A stretch of 64,000 nucleotides of DNA from Clostridia bacterium (GCA_017501255.1 JAFVXE010000018.1:49950-113949); one strand, 5' to 3'; shown: positions 1-10,048, numbered from the stretch's first letter. The notes: generated by a model from the sequence alone, not told the origin. Program-made: numbers and translations.

Positions 1-129
1 CGCATCCGTCAGGACGGCGCCGTGCTGCGCTGTATTCACAAGCCCCTCTGCCCGGGTCTCATCCATGCTCATCAGCATGATACCCAGCCCGGACAGGGCC
101 ATCACCTCATCCAATAAACGAAGCTCCAT
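1..129 (-). CDS. hypothetical protein, N-terminal part (runs off window)
   Basis: ATG at 129 preceded by GGAGG 7 nt upstream. It sits 12 nt downstream of the MBL hydrolase stop (same strand). In-frame open to position 1. Confidence 0.4.
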   Translation of the reverse strand, partial: MELRLLDEVMALSGLGIMLMSMDETRAEGLVNTAQHGAVLTDA

Positions 130-140
130 GGGTCTGCCTC

Positions 141-938
141 CTATGCCATCCGGTACAGATAGCCGGTTTGATACCGCCCCGCCACGTGCAGGGTCACATC
201 CCGGCCCACCACTGCGCCTGCATGGGTCAGCGCGGCGTGGGTGGTACGGTACGCCAGATCCGGGTCGTTGTTTTCACTGCTGAGATGCCCCAGCAGCAAA
301 TGCCGGGTACCGCTGGCAACCAGCTGCAGCGCCGCCTGTGCGCCGCTTTCATTGCTCAGGTGCCCCTTCTTGCCCAGAATGCGGTTCTTCAGCGTGGCGG
401 GATAATGGGGATTCTGCCGGAGCATATCCGGGTCGTGATTGCTTTCCAGCAGCACCAGCTCCGCCCCCTGCACCGCAGCCTGCACCCCGGGGGCAAAATG
501 CCCCAGATCGGTGGCGATGGCAATGGAGGTTTGGGGCAGGAAGAAACGGTACCCCACCGGCTCATTGGCATCGTGGGGGATGGCGAAGGATGCCACCTCC
601 ATGCCGCAGAGGAAAAAGCTCTCGCCGGGATCAATGCGCATCCGCTGGGCCTGAGGAATCGCCCCCACCGTCTGCTCCATGCCTGACCAGGTGCCTTCCG
701 TGGCGCAGACCGTCAGCCCCAGCTTGCGGGCCATCACGCCCACGCCCTTGGTATGATCGCTGTGCTCGTGGGTCACCAGCACCGCTTTCAGGCTGGCGGG
801 GTTCAGATTGGCATTTTGCAGGGATTGCAATACCTGTTTGCAGCTCATGCCGCAGTCGATCAGCACTGCGCCTTGGTCGGTTTCCAGATAGGCGGCGTTT
901 CCGCTGGAGCCGCTGAACAGGGTACAGAATGTGATCAA
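141..938 (-). CDS. MBL-fold metallo-hydrolase (YycJ-like)
   Basis: 265 aa ORF with the HxHxDH motif (THEHSDH) and typical beta-lactamase-fold sequence. Confidence 0.85.
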   Translation of the reverse strand: MITFCTLFSGSSGNAAYLETDQGAVLIDCGMSCKQVLQSLQNANLNPASLKAVLVTHEHSDHTKGVGVMARKLGLTVCATEGTWSGMEQTVGAIPQAQRMRIDPGESFFLCGMEVASFAIPHDANEPVGYRFFLPQTSIAIATDLGHFAPGVQAAVQGAELVLLESNHDPDMLRQNPHYPATLKNRILGKKGHLSNESGAQAALQLVASGTRHLLLGHLSSENNDPDLAYRTTHAALTHAGAVVGRDVTLHVAGRYQTGYLYRMA

Positions 939-964
939 GGTGTATTCCTCCTGTGTATGGGTAT

Positions 965-1258
965 GGGGGGACGAGCGGGGCGCTGCCCCGAACCCCGGCA
1001 GGAGGCAGTGCCTCCTGCACCTCCGAACTGCGCCGTTTTACGGCGCAGATATTTTATGGATGTATGAAATGAGTTGCTGCCGTGTGCTGCACCTCGAATT
1101 ATTTAGTGCTATTGCGTTTGTACACAAAGAAACAGCAGCATGAAAGCGCAGACCCCCCGGACAATCATTCTGCGCCCGTGAAACGGGCGCAGTACCGGGA
1201 TTCTCAAGGGATGAAATCCCTTGAGCGGGGTGCGGGGCAGAGCCCCGCTCGTCTCCCC
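965..1258. repeat. ~294 bp symmetric palindromic intergenic module (MITE/REP-like)
   Basis: 33-nt terminal inverted repeats 965-997 and 1226-1258 match 30/33. Inner mirrored hairpins at 1028-1048 and 1170-1192. AT-rich centre. Confidence 0.6.
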
Positions 1259-1262
1259 ATCC

Positions 1263-1970
1263 TCACAACTTCCGGTTCATAATGGCAATGATCAGGCTTC
1301 CATTGGTAAAATACCCGGCCAGCACGCTGGCATCCACCGCTTCCCGGAAGGCGGGCAGGGGCACCACGCTTTCCAGAAGGGGCAGAAGGGTCAACAGGGC
1401 AAAGCAGACCAGCACGCCGGTCAGAAGCCCGAACACGCCGCCCACAAGGGTATCCAGCTGCTTGAGCACCGGGAAGCGGAACACCGCCCGGATCAGATTG
1501 GAAAGAATGGTCAACAGCACAAAGCAGGCAAGGAAGCACACCAAAAAGCACAGCACATTGATGGAAACGCTGATGACGGTCTGGTTCACATAATCGCCCA
1601 CATTGGTGGCCAGGTTGCCCAGCGGGCTGAACACCTGCCCTGCCAGATTGTGGCCCAGCAGGGTGCCGATGGGCTCCGGCAGGGCGGCTTTTTCCACAAT
1701 GGCGGAAATATTCTCCGGGTTCAGGCCGGAAACCAGCCGGTTGCTCAGATCCAGATCGCCCAGCAGGCTTTCGGAATCGGTGAAGGAGGAAATCATACGG
1801 ATCACGTCCGGGTTGCCGCTGACCACATCCGCCAGCTTGGGATAGAGGGCAAAGCTGATCAGGAACGACAAAAGCCCGCTGCCCAGATTGAGCACCGAAT
1901 GGATGAAGCCCCGGTACAGGCCGCTGAGCAAGCCGCAGCCCAGAATGAGCAAAATGATAATATCGACCAC
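1263..1970 (-). CDS. cvpA: CvpA family membrane protein
   Basis: 235 aa multi-TM ORF with a CvpA-like N-terminus (GLLSGLYRGFI). GTG start. Confidence 0.75.
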   Translation of the reverse strand: MVDIIILLILGCGLLSGLYRGFIHSVLNLGSGLLSFLISFALYPKLADVVSGNPDVIRMISSFTDSESLLGDLDLSNRLVSGLNPENISAIVEKAALPEPIGTLLGHNLAGQVFSPLGNLATNVGDYVNQTVISVSINVLCFLVCFLACFVLLTILSNLIRAVFRFPVLKQLDTLVGGVFGLLTGVLVCFALLTLLPLLESVVPLPAFREAVDASVLAGYFTNGSLIIAIMNRKL

Positions 1971-1982
1971 GTTCAGGGTGCA

Positions 1983-3134
1983 TTACCTCCCTTCGTTGCT
2001 GACGGTATAGCCCTGAGGCAGCGTCAGCACATACACTTCCTCGCCGCAGGCCACGATGGCTTTGCCGTCGGTGAGGGTGCCGATCAGCTCGGTGGCGGGG
2101 TTTTCCAGCGGCAGGGTGAAAGCGGAAAAACGGGTATCATTCAGGCCCGCCCGGAACATCTGATCCTTGGAAAACGCATAGATGGTCTTGTTCCACACCG
2201 TTGCGCCCACGCAGTTGGCGGGCATGGTGAAGCGCTTGTCCTTTGCGCCGCTGAGCAGGCGCAGGGAGGTGATATCGAACAGGTTCTCCGTCTGGCTGGT
2301 GGGAGCAAAGAGCAGCAGCGCATCGCCCCGCTCCGGCACCTCGGTATCCAACAGCCGCCAGCCGTACACCAGCACGCTGGCGCTCAGATCCTGGGCACCA
2401 CGGTAGTCAAAGGTGAGCATCTTGCGGGTGTTGATGACCCGCAGCTTGTTGTTCTCATACAGCACCGAATAGGTGATGGGCTCGCCCAGGGACACCTGAC
2501 CGGTATTCATCTTGCCCACCTCAAAGGTGTTCATCACCGTATTGGCGGCTGTGCCGAACACATCCAGCGCCAGGGTCCACATATACTGGCCGTTGGGGCC
2601 GTAGAAGCCCAGATCCAAAAGGATCAGATTGTTATAGGCGTCGGCTTCCTCGTCCATGTGAGCGCCCTGATGATCCTTCACCACCAGACGGGGCGTTTCC
2701 GTCTTGCCGATGACAGCGCCCACATACTGCTTGCCCACCCGGGCAAACTGGATCTCCTCGCCCAGACTGTCGTTGTAGCTGGAATCGCCGTTCTGATCCA
2801 GAATGTAGATGGTGCTGCCCGTCCAGGCGGCAACGGTGGTATCGTCGCAGTCAAAGCCGGCGTTGGGGCCTACCTGAAACGACCAGCGCACCGTACCGGA
2901 GGACGAGATGCAGTGGATGTTCAGGCCGTCGTAATACAGCAGGTTCTTGCCAAAGGCACGGATATTGTCGCTGTAGGGGCAGGGCATTTTGGCAGCGGTC
3001 ACCACGGTGGTGGGCTTTTCCCGGAAAAGGCTGGATACCAGCCACACCAGCGAACCAATGGCCGCCAGAATCAGCACAAGAATCAGGATGGCTGCCCGCT
3101 GGCTCAGTTTCCGCTTGGGTTTCACTCTTTGCAT
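1983..3134 (-). CDS. membrane-anchored hypothetical protein (possible beta-propeller ectodomain)
   Basis: 383 aa ORF. RBS GGGAG before the ATG. Basic N-terminus plus one TM helix. No motif I can name with certainty. Confidence 0.65.
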   Translation of the reverse strand: MQRVKPKRKLSQRAAILILVLILAAIGSLVWLVSSLFREKPTTVVTAAKMPCPYSDNIRAFGKNLLYYDGLNIHCISSSGTVRWSFQVGPNAGFDCDDTTVAAWTGSTIYILDQNGDSSYNDSLGEEIQFARVGKQYVGAVIGKTETPRLVVKDHQGAHMDEEADAYNNLILLDLGFYGPNGQYMWTLALDVFGTAANTVMNTFEVGKMNTGQVSLGEPITYSVLYENNKLRVINTRKMLTFDYRGAQDLSASVLVYGWRLLDTEVPERGDALLLFAPTSQTENLFDITSLRLLSGAKDKRFTMPANCVGATVWNKTIYAFSKDQMFRAGLNDTRFSAFTLPLENPATELIGTLTDGKAIVACGEEVYVLTLPQGYTVSNEGR

Positions 3135-3197
3135 ATGGTTTCTCCCTCTCTGTGGGACTGTTGGGGCAGCGAATGTTGCAGCCCCGGCTTTCTTGGA

Positions 3198-4955
3198 TCA
3201 GCGATCGGTCACGTATACAGTGGCGGGGGTGGGTTCCGGGGTCATGGTGGGCACAGGGCTGGGGGTGACCGCCGGATCCGGGCTGGGCGTGGGCGTATTG
3301 GCTGCCAGCACATCGGCATAGATGCTTTCCAGCGTCTTGATGCCCGCCTTGCCATCCGGGTACAGGTCATGATCCTTCTGGTATGCCTTGACGGCATTGG
3401 CAGTGCCCTTGTAGTAGCTGCCGGTAACGGTGCCGGTATAGTACCCCAAATCCCGCAGCTTGCACTGGAGCCAGTACACATCCTCACCGGTGGACTCCCG
3501 CTGAAGCTGCCGCAAGGGCATGGGCGGCAGCGCATCCGGCTGATAATCCGGCGCAACGGTGGGCACCGGGGTGGTGGCGGGCCACATCAGCTCCTTGTTG
3601 AGCCGGGGCTGCTTGATGGCATAGCGCAGTTCCTCATCCACGGGCAGATCCTCGGTAATGTGGATGGTGGTGCCGCCCCGGATATTCTCATACACCCACT
3701 TGGCATCGTGAACCATGAGGCGGATGCAGCCGTGGGACGCCCGGGAACCCAGCTTGTTATACGATTTGACACTGAGGGCCATGTTATCCACTTCATTATA
3801 GATCACGCTGTGGAAGGCGATATCCTCGTTGATCTTGGTCCAGTAGCGGGCGTGGCTGCCGTACAGGCTGAAATAGGCCCACTGGGCACGCCGCCCGTCG
3901 GTGACCCAGTCGCCCACATCGCTGGGGGTGCCCACCATGCCGGTGGAGCAGATCATGGTGCGGACGGGGATGGTATACTCGCCGTTTTCATCGATGCCGT
4001 AAACCTTGGTGGCCTGATTCTGCACATCCACCACCACATAATAGGGCACCATGGTGGGTACCGGGGTGGGCCGGGGCGTGCATTCAGCGCTGACCACATC
4101 AGCGGCGTTGAACAGGGCGTTCCAGGTTTCCTCGTCCATTTCGCCATCGCTGACTTTCAGGCCGTTGTATTCCTGAAACACCTTTACCGAAGCCATGGTC
4201 TGGTTCATATAGTAGCCGCTGATGGGGCCGTCAAAGAAGCCCAGTTCGGTGAGGCGGGTCTGCACCCGTTTCACATCCTCGCCTTCGGAGCCGCGGATGA
4301 GCCGCTTCCGGTAGGCCACATTATCCCGGCTGTCGGCAGTGCCCTGACCGTCCTCCACCATCACCACATCGTTGATGTCGCCCACATCGCTGTCCGGGCC
4401 GGGGGTGGGGGTGGGCTGTGCGCCCTTGGCCAGCGCCCGGGTGGAAAACAGCAGCTGCTGGGTGGTCACATCGGCAACGCCGGTCACTTCCAGCCCGTTG
4501 TGCTGCTGAAAAGCCCGCACCGCTGCCTCGGTGGCAGAGCGGAACTTGCCGGTGGCCTTGGTGTTCAGATAGTCAAGGGAAATCAGGTTTTCCTGCAGGC
4601 GGGTCACATCGTCGCCATCCGTGCCGTTGCGCAGCACCCTGTACTGGGCGGTCATCAGAAGGCCGTAGGTGCTTTCATCCACCTGCCCGGTTTCCTCAAT
4701 GCCGTAATCCTTCTGGAAGCGCTTCACCGCTGCAAAGGTACCATCCAGAAAATTGCCGCTGACCTTGCCGGTATAATAGCCCAGATCCTTCAGCCGCTGC
4801 TGGATTTCCGTCACCGGATCACCCTGCATTCCGTAGACAATGCTTTCAAAAGGCGGGGCCGTCTCTGCGCCCACGGTGACCACGCACAGGGCCATCATGG
4901 CGCACAGCAGGGCGCACACCGCTGCCAGCATTAGCAGGGATTGTTTCTGCCTCAT
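3198..4955 (-). CDS. L,D-transpeptidase with repeated peptidoglycan-binding domains
   Basis: 585 aa with a signal peptide. Several PG_binding_1-like repeats (GxxVxxLQxxLxxLGYY). YkuD catalytic motif SHGCIRL. Confidence 0.85.
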   Translation of the reverse strand: MRQKQSLLMLAAVCALLCAMMALCVVTVGAETAPPFESIVYGMQGDPVTEIQQRLKDLGYYTGKVSGNFLDGTFAAVKRFQKDYGIEETGQVDESTYGLLMTAQYRVLRNGTDGDDVTRLQENLISLDYLNTKATGKFRSATEAAVRAFQQHNGLEVTGVADVTTQQLLFSTRALAKGAQPTPTPGPDSDVGDINDVVMVEDGQGTADSRDNVAYRKRLIRGSEGEDVKRVQTRLTELGFFDGPISGYYMNQTMASVKVFQEYNGLKVSDGEMDEETWNALFNAADVVSAECTPRPTPVPTMVPYYVVVDVQNQATKVYGIDENGEYTIPVRTMICSTGMVGTPSDVGDWVTDGRRAQWAYFSLYGSHARYWTKINEDIAFHSVIYNEVDNMALSVKSYNKLGSRASHGCIRLMVHDAKWVYENIRGGTTIHITEDLPVDEELRYAIKQPRLNKELMWPATTPVPTVAPDYQPDALPPMPLRQLQRESTGEDVYWLQCKLRDLGYYTGTVTGSYYKGTANAVKAYQKDHDLYPDGKAGIKTLESIYADVLAANTPTPSPDPAVTPSPVPTMTPEPTPATVYVTDR

Positions 4956-4966
4956 GGCTTCTCACC

Positions 4967-5770
4967 TCACAGATAGGGGTTCATATCGCTGAGCCGTTCA
5001 AAAATCAGGTCGGGTTTCACGGGGCTTGTCTCCACATCCTCCCGGGAGCTTTCACCGGTCAAAACCAGCACGCTGAGCATCCCGAAGTTGACCCCGGTGG
5101 CGATATCCGTATACAGCCGGTCGCCCACCATGGCCAGCTGGCTCTTGTCAAGGCCGGTCAGCGCCAGCGCATCCTCCACGATGCCGCTGTAGGGCTTTCC
5201 CAGAATCAGGTCGGGTCTGCGCCCGGCGCTGGCTTCAATAAACGCTATGATGGCCCCGATATCCGGCGCAAAGCCCGTCTCGGTGGGGCAGTTGAAATCC
5301 GGATGGGTGGCGATATAGGGCAGCCCTGCCCGGACAAAGTCGCACACCGCCGTCATTTTGGCATAGTCCAGCGAGGTATCGTAGGCGATGAGCACATAAT
5401 CAGGGTTTGTATCATCCATAGGAAGGCCCAGCTGCGCAAGCTCCGCTTTGTACAGGTCATTGCCCAGCACAAAAGCCTTCTTGCCGGGGAACTGTTTCAG
5501 GCAGTACCGGGCCGCCGTCTGCCCGGAGGTGAGCACGTTGAGGAACGGCTCCGTCACCCCCATGCGGCGCAGTTTTTCCACATACACCTGCCCGGACTTG
5601 GAGGAATTGTTGGTGACGAACAGGGCGCTGCGGCCGGTTTCCCGGAGCTTGTTGAGAAAGGCGAGGGAGCCTTCCAGCAGCTGGTCGCCCAGATAGAAGG
5701 TGCCGTCCATATCCAGCATAAAGCAGCGGATGGGGGCAAGGGTATCGTGGAGGTTGGCCGGGGTGGGCAT
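4967..5770 (-). CDS. HAD-IIA family hydrolase (NagD-like sugar phosphatase)
   Basis: 267 aa with the DMDGT motif, then VTNNS, and a C-terminal GD motif. RBS AGGAG. Confidence 0.85.
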   Translation of the reverse strand: MPTPANLHDTLAPIRCFMLDMDGTFYLGDQLLEGSLAFLNKLRETGRSALFVTNNSSKSGQVYVEKLRRMGVTEPFLNVLTSGQTAARYCLKQFPGKKAFVLGNDLYKAELAQLGLPMDDTNPDYVLIAYDTSLDYAKMTAVCDFVRAGLPYIATHPDFNCPTETGFAPDIGAIIAFIEASAGRRPDLILGKPYSGIVEDALALTGLDKSQLAMVGDRLYTDIATGVNFGMLSVLVLTGESSREDVETSPVKPDLIFERLSDMNPYL

Positions 5771-6096
5771 GGCAGATGGCTCCTTTGATATTGGATGTGA
5801 ATGACGGAGGGATTGCCTGCCGCTAATGCAAAGATGCCAAATGCAGACAATTCACCCATCTTATTTGCTATTGTAGCACAGGGAGGGTTGAGGGGGCAAG
5901 GGAGGGGAGGGAGAATGTTACAGATAGAATATTCCAAAAAATTAGAACAACAAGAAAACAAACGGTTCATCACCCACCTCCGCCCACCGGCGGGGTCCGG
6001 GGTGTCCCCGGCGCGGGAAGGGGGTAAAGAATTCTCAAGGGGATAGGGGGACCGGTGCGGGGTCCCCCTTCCCCTTGAGCCTGCGGAGCATTTCCC

Positions 6097-6125
6097 TTGA
6101 CATCCCCCCGTCTTTCCCGTACAAT
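6097..6125 (+). promoter_or_regulatory. sigma-70 type promoter for the riboswitch/ATPase transcript
   Basis: TTGACA (6097-6102), 17-nt spacer, TACAAT (6120-6125). About 200 nt upstream of the ATPase ATG. Confidence 0.6.
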
Positions 6126-6186
6126 ATCCAGTGGTATCCAAGTCTTCCCATGGCAATGGATACCATCCCAACAACCGAAGAAAACT

Positions 6187-6320
6187 CTTGAGGGAGTAGT
6201 TCGCGCACAGCGTGGCTGGTCAACACACGGCCCCCATTGTGGGTGTCCTGGCCTGCCTTAATGAACGAGACTCAGGTACACGGGAAGCACGCTTCTCCTG
6301 TGCCCGGGTTTTCTTTTTAT
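6187..6320 (+). promoter_or_regulatory. yybP-ykoY (Mn2+) riboswitch with expression-platform terminator
   Basis: CUUGAG-GGAGUAG at the 5' end and GAGA-CUCAGG at the 3' end form P1, like the L. lactis yoaB element, with a UCAACACA L3-like segment. The terminator stem (6271-6308, then a T-run) uses the P1 3' strand. Confidence 0.7.
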
Positions 6321-6331
6321 AGGAAAGGAGT

Positions 6332-9001
6332 TTGGAAATGAAACCCTATCTCACTTCTGCTGAAGAAACCCTGCGGGAGCTGGGCGCTACCCCTGAAGGC
6401 CTCAGCACCGAGGAAGCCTCCGCCCGCCTTGCCAAAAACGGCCCCAACAAGCTGGCTGAGGGCAAGAAAACCACGCTGATGCAGCGCTTCCTGAGCCAGC
6501 TGGCAGATCCCATGATCATCGTGCTGCTGGTGGCCGCTGCCCTCAGCGCCGTCACCGCCATCTACTCCGGCGAAGGCCTTACCGATGTGTTCATCATTCT
6601 GGCCGTGGTCATCCTGAACGCCGTGATGGGCGTGGTGCAGGAAAGCAAGGCCGAGGAAGCCATCGAAGCCCTCAAGACCATGACCGCCGCCACCTCCAAG
6701 GTAATGCGCGACGGCAAGCTGCATTTCCTCAAGAGCGAAGAGCTGGTGCCCGGCGACGTGATCCATCTGGAAGCCGGCGACAGCGTGCCTGCGGATGCCC
6801 GCATCATTGAGTGCGCCAGCCTCAAGATCGAAGAAGCCGCCCTCACCGGTGAAAGCGTGCCCGTCCAGAAGGAAGCCGATACCCTCACCGGCGACGAAGT
6901 GCCGCTGGGCGACCGCAAGAACATGATCTACATGGGTTCCACCGTGGTGTACGGTCGCGGCAGCGCCGTGGTCACCGGCACCGGCATGAACACCGAAATG
7001 GGCAAAATCGCCGACGCCCTCACCCAAGCCGAGGACGAAGCCACGCCTTTGCAGCGCAAGCTGTCCGCCCTGAGCCGCATCCTTACCTGGCTGGTGCTGG
7101 GCATCTGCATTCTCATTTTCGTGGTGGGCATCGTCCGGGAAGGCAAGCTCACCTTCGATGTGGCCATCAACACCTTCATGATGGCTGTTTCCCTTGCCGT
7201 TGCTGCCATTCCCGAAGGTCTGGCTGCGGTGGTGACCATCGTGCTTTCCATCGGCGTTACCAAGATGTCAAAGCGCAACGCCGTCATCCGCCGCCTGACT
7301 GCCGTGGAAACCCTGGGCTGCGCGCAGGTCATCTACTCCGACAAGACCGGCACCCTGACCCATAACCGCATGACCGTGGTGGACAGCTACACCGCCGACA
7401 AGGCGCTGCTGGCCCGTGGAATGTGCCTGTGCTCCGATGCGGAACCCGATGAAAACGACGAAGCCGTGGGCGAGCCCACCGAGTGCGCCCTGGTGAACTT
7501 CGCCACCGCCGAGGGTCTGCGCAAGGCCGACATGGTCAAGGAAACTCCCCGTATTGCCGAAGCTCCCTTCGACAGTATGCGCAAGATGATGTCCACCCTG
7601 CACCAGACCGGTGATACCGTGACCCAGTACACCAAGGGCGCTCCCGACGAAATCCTCGCCCGCTGCACCAAGATGCTCACTGCCGATGGCGTAAAGCCCA
7701 TGGAGCTCAGAGACAAGGCCGAGGTGATGGCCCACAACAAGGCCATGGCGGACAAGGCCCTGCGTGTGCTGGCCTGCGCCATGAAGGAATACGATGCCCT
7801 GCCCGGCAATGTGGAGCCGGAAGCCATCGAAAACGAGCTGGTCTTCATCGGCCTTACCGGTATGATCGACCCTGTGCGCCCCGAGGTGAAGGACGCTGTG
7901 GACAAGTGCCGTGACGCCGGCATCCGTGCCGTGATGATCACCGGCGACCATATCGATACCGCCATTGCCATCGCCCGGGATCTGGGCCTGCTCACCGAGC
8001 CGGATCAGGCCATCATGGGCAGCCGTCTGGACGACCTGTCCGATGATGAACTGGACATGGCCATCGAGCATTATTCCGTTTACGCCCGTGTGCAGCCCGA
8101 GCATAAGGTGCGCATCGTGGACGCCTGGAAGCGCAAGGGCAAGATCGTTGCCATGACCGGCGACGGCGTCAACGACGCTCCCTCCATCAAAGCCGCCGAT
8201 ATCGGCGTGGGCATGGGCATCACCGGCACCGACGTGACCAAGAACGTGGCCGATATGATTCTGGCGGATGACAACTTCGCCACCATCGTTTCCGCTGTGG
8301 AAGAAGGCCGCCGCATCTATGCCAACATCCGCAAGGCCATCCAGTTCCTGCTTTCTTCCAACCTGAGCGAGGTTATCGCCATCTTTACCGCCACCATGAT
8401 GGGCTTTACCATTCTCAAGCCCGCCCACATCCTGTGGATCAACCTGATCACTGACTCTCTGCCCGCCCTGGCCCTTGGCATGGAGCCCGGCGAAGAGGAC
8501 AGCATGAAGCGCAAGCCCCGCTCCTCCAAGGCCGGTGTGTTCGCTGGCGGCGTAGGCGGCGATATCGCCTATCAGGGCTTCTTCGTTGCTTTGATCACCC
8601 TGGTTGCCTACTTTGTGGGCCACTTTATCGAAAGCGGCGTGCTGGAAGTGCCCACCGCCTTCAGCCCCGACGGCGTGACCATGGCCTTCCTGACCATGAG
8701 CATGGCGGAGATCTTCCAGTCCTTCAACATGCGCAGCCGCCGCGGCAGCATCTTCACCATGAAGACCACCAACTGGTGGCTGTGGGGCGCTGGCATCGTG
8801 GCCTTCCTGCTGACCACTGCCGTTATCTATGTGCCCTTCCTGCGCAACCTGTTCGGTTTCACCACCATTTCTCTGGCTGAATACGGCATCGCCATCGGTC
8901 TGGCCTTCCTGATCATCCCGCTGGTGGAGCTGGTCAAGCTGATTCAGCGCAAGACCGGCCACGGCGAAAAGGACGAGGACGAAAAGGAGCTGGACAAGTG
9001 A
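6332..9001 (+). CDS. cation-transporting P-type ATPase (P2-type, Ca2+/Mn2+ family)
   Basis: 889 aa with DKTGTLT phosphorylation motif, TGES, GDGVNDAP and 10-TM architecture. Strong RBS. Confidence 0.9.
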   Translation: MEMKPYLTSAEETLRELGATPEGLSTEEASARLAKNGPNKLAEGKKTTLMQRFLSQLADPMIIVLLVAAALSAVTAIYSGEGLTDVFIILAVVILNAVMGVVQESKAEEAIEALKTMTAATSKVMRDGKLHFLKSEELVPGDVIHLEAGDSVPADARIIECASLKIEEAALTGESVPVQKEADTLTGDEVPLGDRKNMIYMGSTVVYGRGSAVVTGTGMNTEMGKIADALTQAEDEATPLQRKLSALSRILTWLVLGICILIFVVGIVREGKLTFDVAINTFMMAVSLAVAAIPEGLAAVVTIVLSIGVTKMSKRNAVIRRLTAVETLGCAQVIYSDKTGTLTHNRMTVVDSYTADKALLARGMCLCSDAEPDENDEAVGEPTECALVNFATAEGLRKADMVKETPRIAEAPFDSMRKMMSTLHQTGDTVTQYTKGAPDEILARCTKMLTADGVKPMELRDKAEVMAHNKAMADKALRVLACAMKEYDALPGNVEPEAIENELVFIGLTGMIDPVRPEVKDAVDKCRDAGIRAVMITGDHIDTAIAIARDLGLLTEPDQAIMGSRLDDLSDDELDMAIEHYSVYARVQPEHKVRIVDAWKRKGKIVAMTGDGVNDAPSIKAADIGVGMGITGTDVTKNVADMILADDNFATIVSAVEEGRRIYANIRKAIQFLLSSNLSEVIAIFTATMMGFTILKPAHILWINLITDSLPALALGMEPGEEDSMKRKPRSSKAGVFAGGVGGDIAYQGFFVALITLVAYFVGHFIESGVLEVPTAFSPDGVTMAFLTMSMAEIFQSFNMRSRRGSIFTMKTTNWWLWGAGIVAFLLTTAVIYVPFLRNLFGFTTISLAEYGIAIGLAFLIIPLVELVKLIQRKTGHGEKDEDEKELDK

Positions 9002-9978
9002 GCCGCTCCCTGCGGGCTGCGCTGCTGCTGCTTTTGACCGCTATGATCTGGGGCGCAGCCTTTGTAGCCCAGGATGTGGCTGCCGATGCGCTGGAACCCT
9101 TCACCTTCAATGGTCTGCGCATGGCGCTGGCAGCCCTGACCCTTGTGCCGCTGATTGCGTTTCGGCACACGGCAGCCCGGAAAGCGGCAACAGCTTCGCC
9201 CGACACCGATTCCCAAATCCAAAAAACCACGCTGATTCCCGCAGACCCCACCCAGCGGCGCTACCTGCTGCTGGGCGGTCTCTGCTGCGGTGTGATGCTG
9301 TCCATGGGGTCCGGCTTTCAGCAGCTGGGCATCAACGCCGGCGTACAGGCCGGCAAGGCTGGCTTCATCACGGCGCTGTATATCGTCCTGGTGCCTCTGA
9401 CCGGCCTCTTTTTCAAAAAACGCCCCGCCCCGCTGGTCTGGGTGGCGGTGGCGCTCAGCGCCATTGGTCTGTACCTGCTGTGTATGCAGGGCGGTTTTGT
9501 GCTGGAAGGCGGCGATATACTGCTGCTGATCTGCGCCCTCAGCTTCACCGGGCATATTCTGGTGATTGACCGGGTCATTCCCCATGTGGACGGCGTCAAG
9601 CTCAGCTGCATCCAGTTTGCGGTGACTGCCGTCATCTGTCTGACCCTTGCGGCTTTCACCGAGCATCCCACCTGGGATGCGGTCAAAACCGCTGCCATTC
9701 CCATCCTGTATGCGGGCATCCTGTCCGGCGGCGTGGGCTACACCCTGCAAATCATTGCCCAGAAGGATATCGACCCCACCATCGCCTCCCTCATTATGTG
9801 CCTGGAAAGCGTCTTTGCCGTGCTGTTCGGCTGGCTGCTGCTGGGCGACCAGATGACCCTCCGGGAGTATCTGGGCTGCGCTGTGATGATGCTTGGCATC
9901 GTGCTGGCACAGCTGCCGGGGGAAAAGGACGTGGAGGGAAACGTTGAGGTTCCGCCCCAAACCCCGGCAAGGAGCTGA
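8998..9978 (+). CDS. DMT superfamily (EamA) transporter
   Basis: 326 aa, 10 TM, two EamA-like halves. GTG start overlaps the ATPase stop. Confidence 0.8.
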   Translation: MSRSLRAALLLLLTAMIWGAAFVAQDVAADALEPFTFNGLRMALAALTLVPLIAFRHTAARKAATASPDTDSQIQKTTLIPADPTQRRYLLLGGLCCGVMLSMGSGFQQLGINAGVQAGKAGFITALYIVLVPLTGLFFKKRPAPLVWVAVALSAIGLYLLCMQGGFVLEGGDILLLICALSFTGHILVIDRVIPHVDGVKLSCIQFAVTAVICLTLAAFTEHPTWDAVKTAAIPILYAGILSGGVGYTLQIIAQKDIDPTIASLIMCLESVFAVLFGWLLLGDQMTLREYLGCAVMMLGIVLAQLPGEKDVEGNVEVPPQTPARS

Positions 9979-10048
9979 GCTTCCCGCATTTGCGCCCGAC
10001 TCACCGGTGCAATCCTGATACAAACAAACACTCAAAGGAGGTTTTCCC

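Noticed and set aside
1221-4934. 1237-aa plus-strand ORF. Similar very long ORFs occur at 7268-8962(-), 18812-21295(-), 22929-24983(-), 32410-33885(+), 58326-59933(-) and 60185-61792(+).
   Set aside because: All lie antisense to genes with clear family signatures. Their translations are low-complexity (G/A/H/Q/R-rich) with no motifs. This is typical of stop-codon-poor antisense frames in ~60% GC DNA.
5801-6046. Small ORF (43 aa from an ATG after a GGGAGGGAG run) in the HAD/ATPase intergenic region.
   Set aside because: It lies in a G-rich/palindromic repeat region (hairpin 6034-6079). Its composition is not protein-like and it has no partner features.
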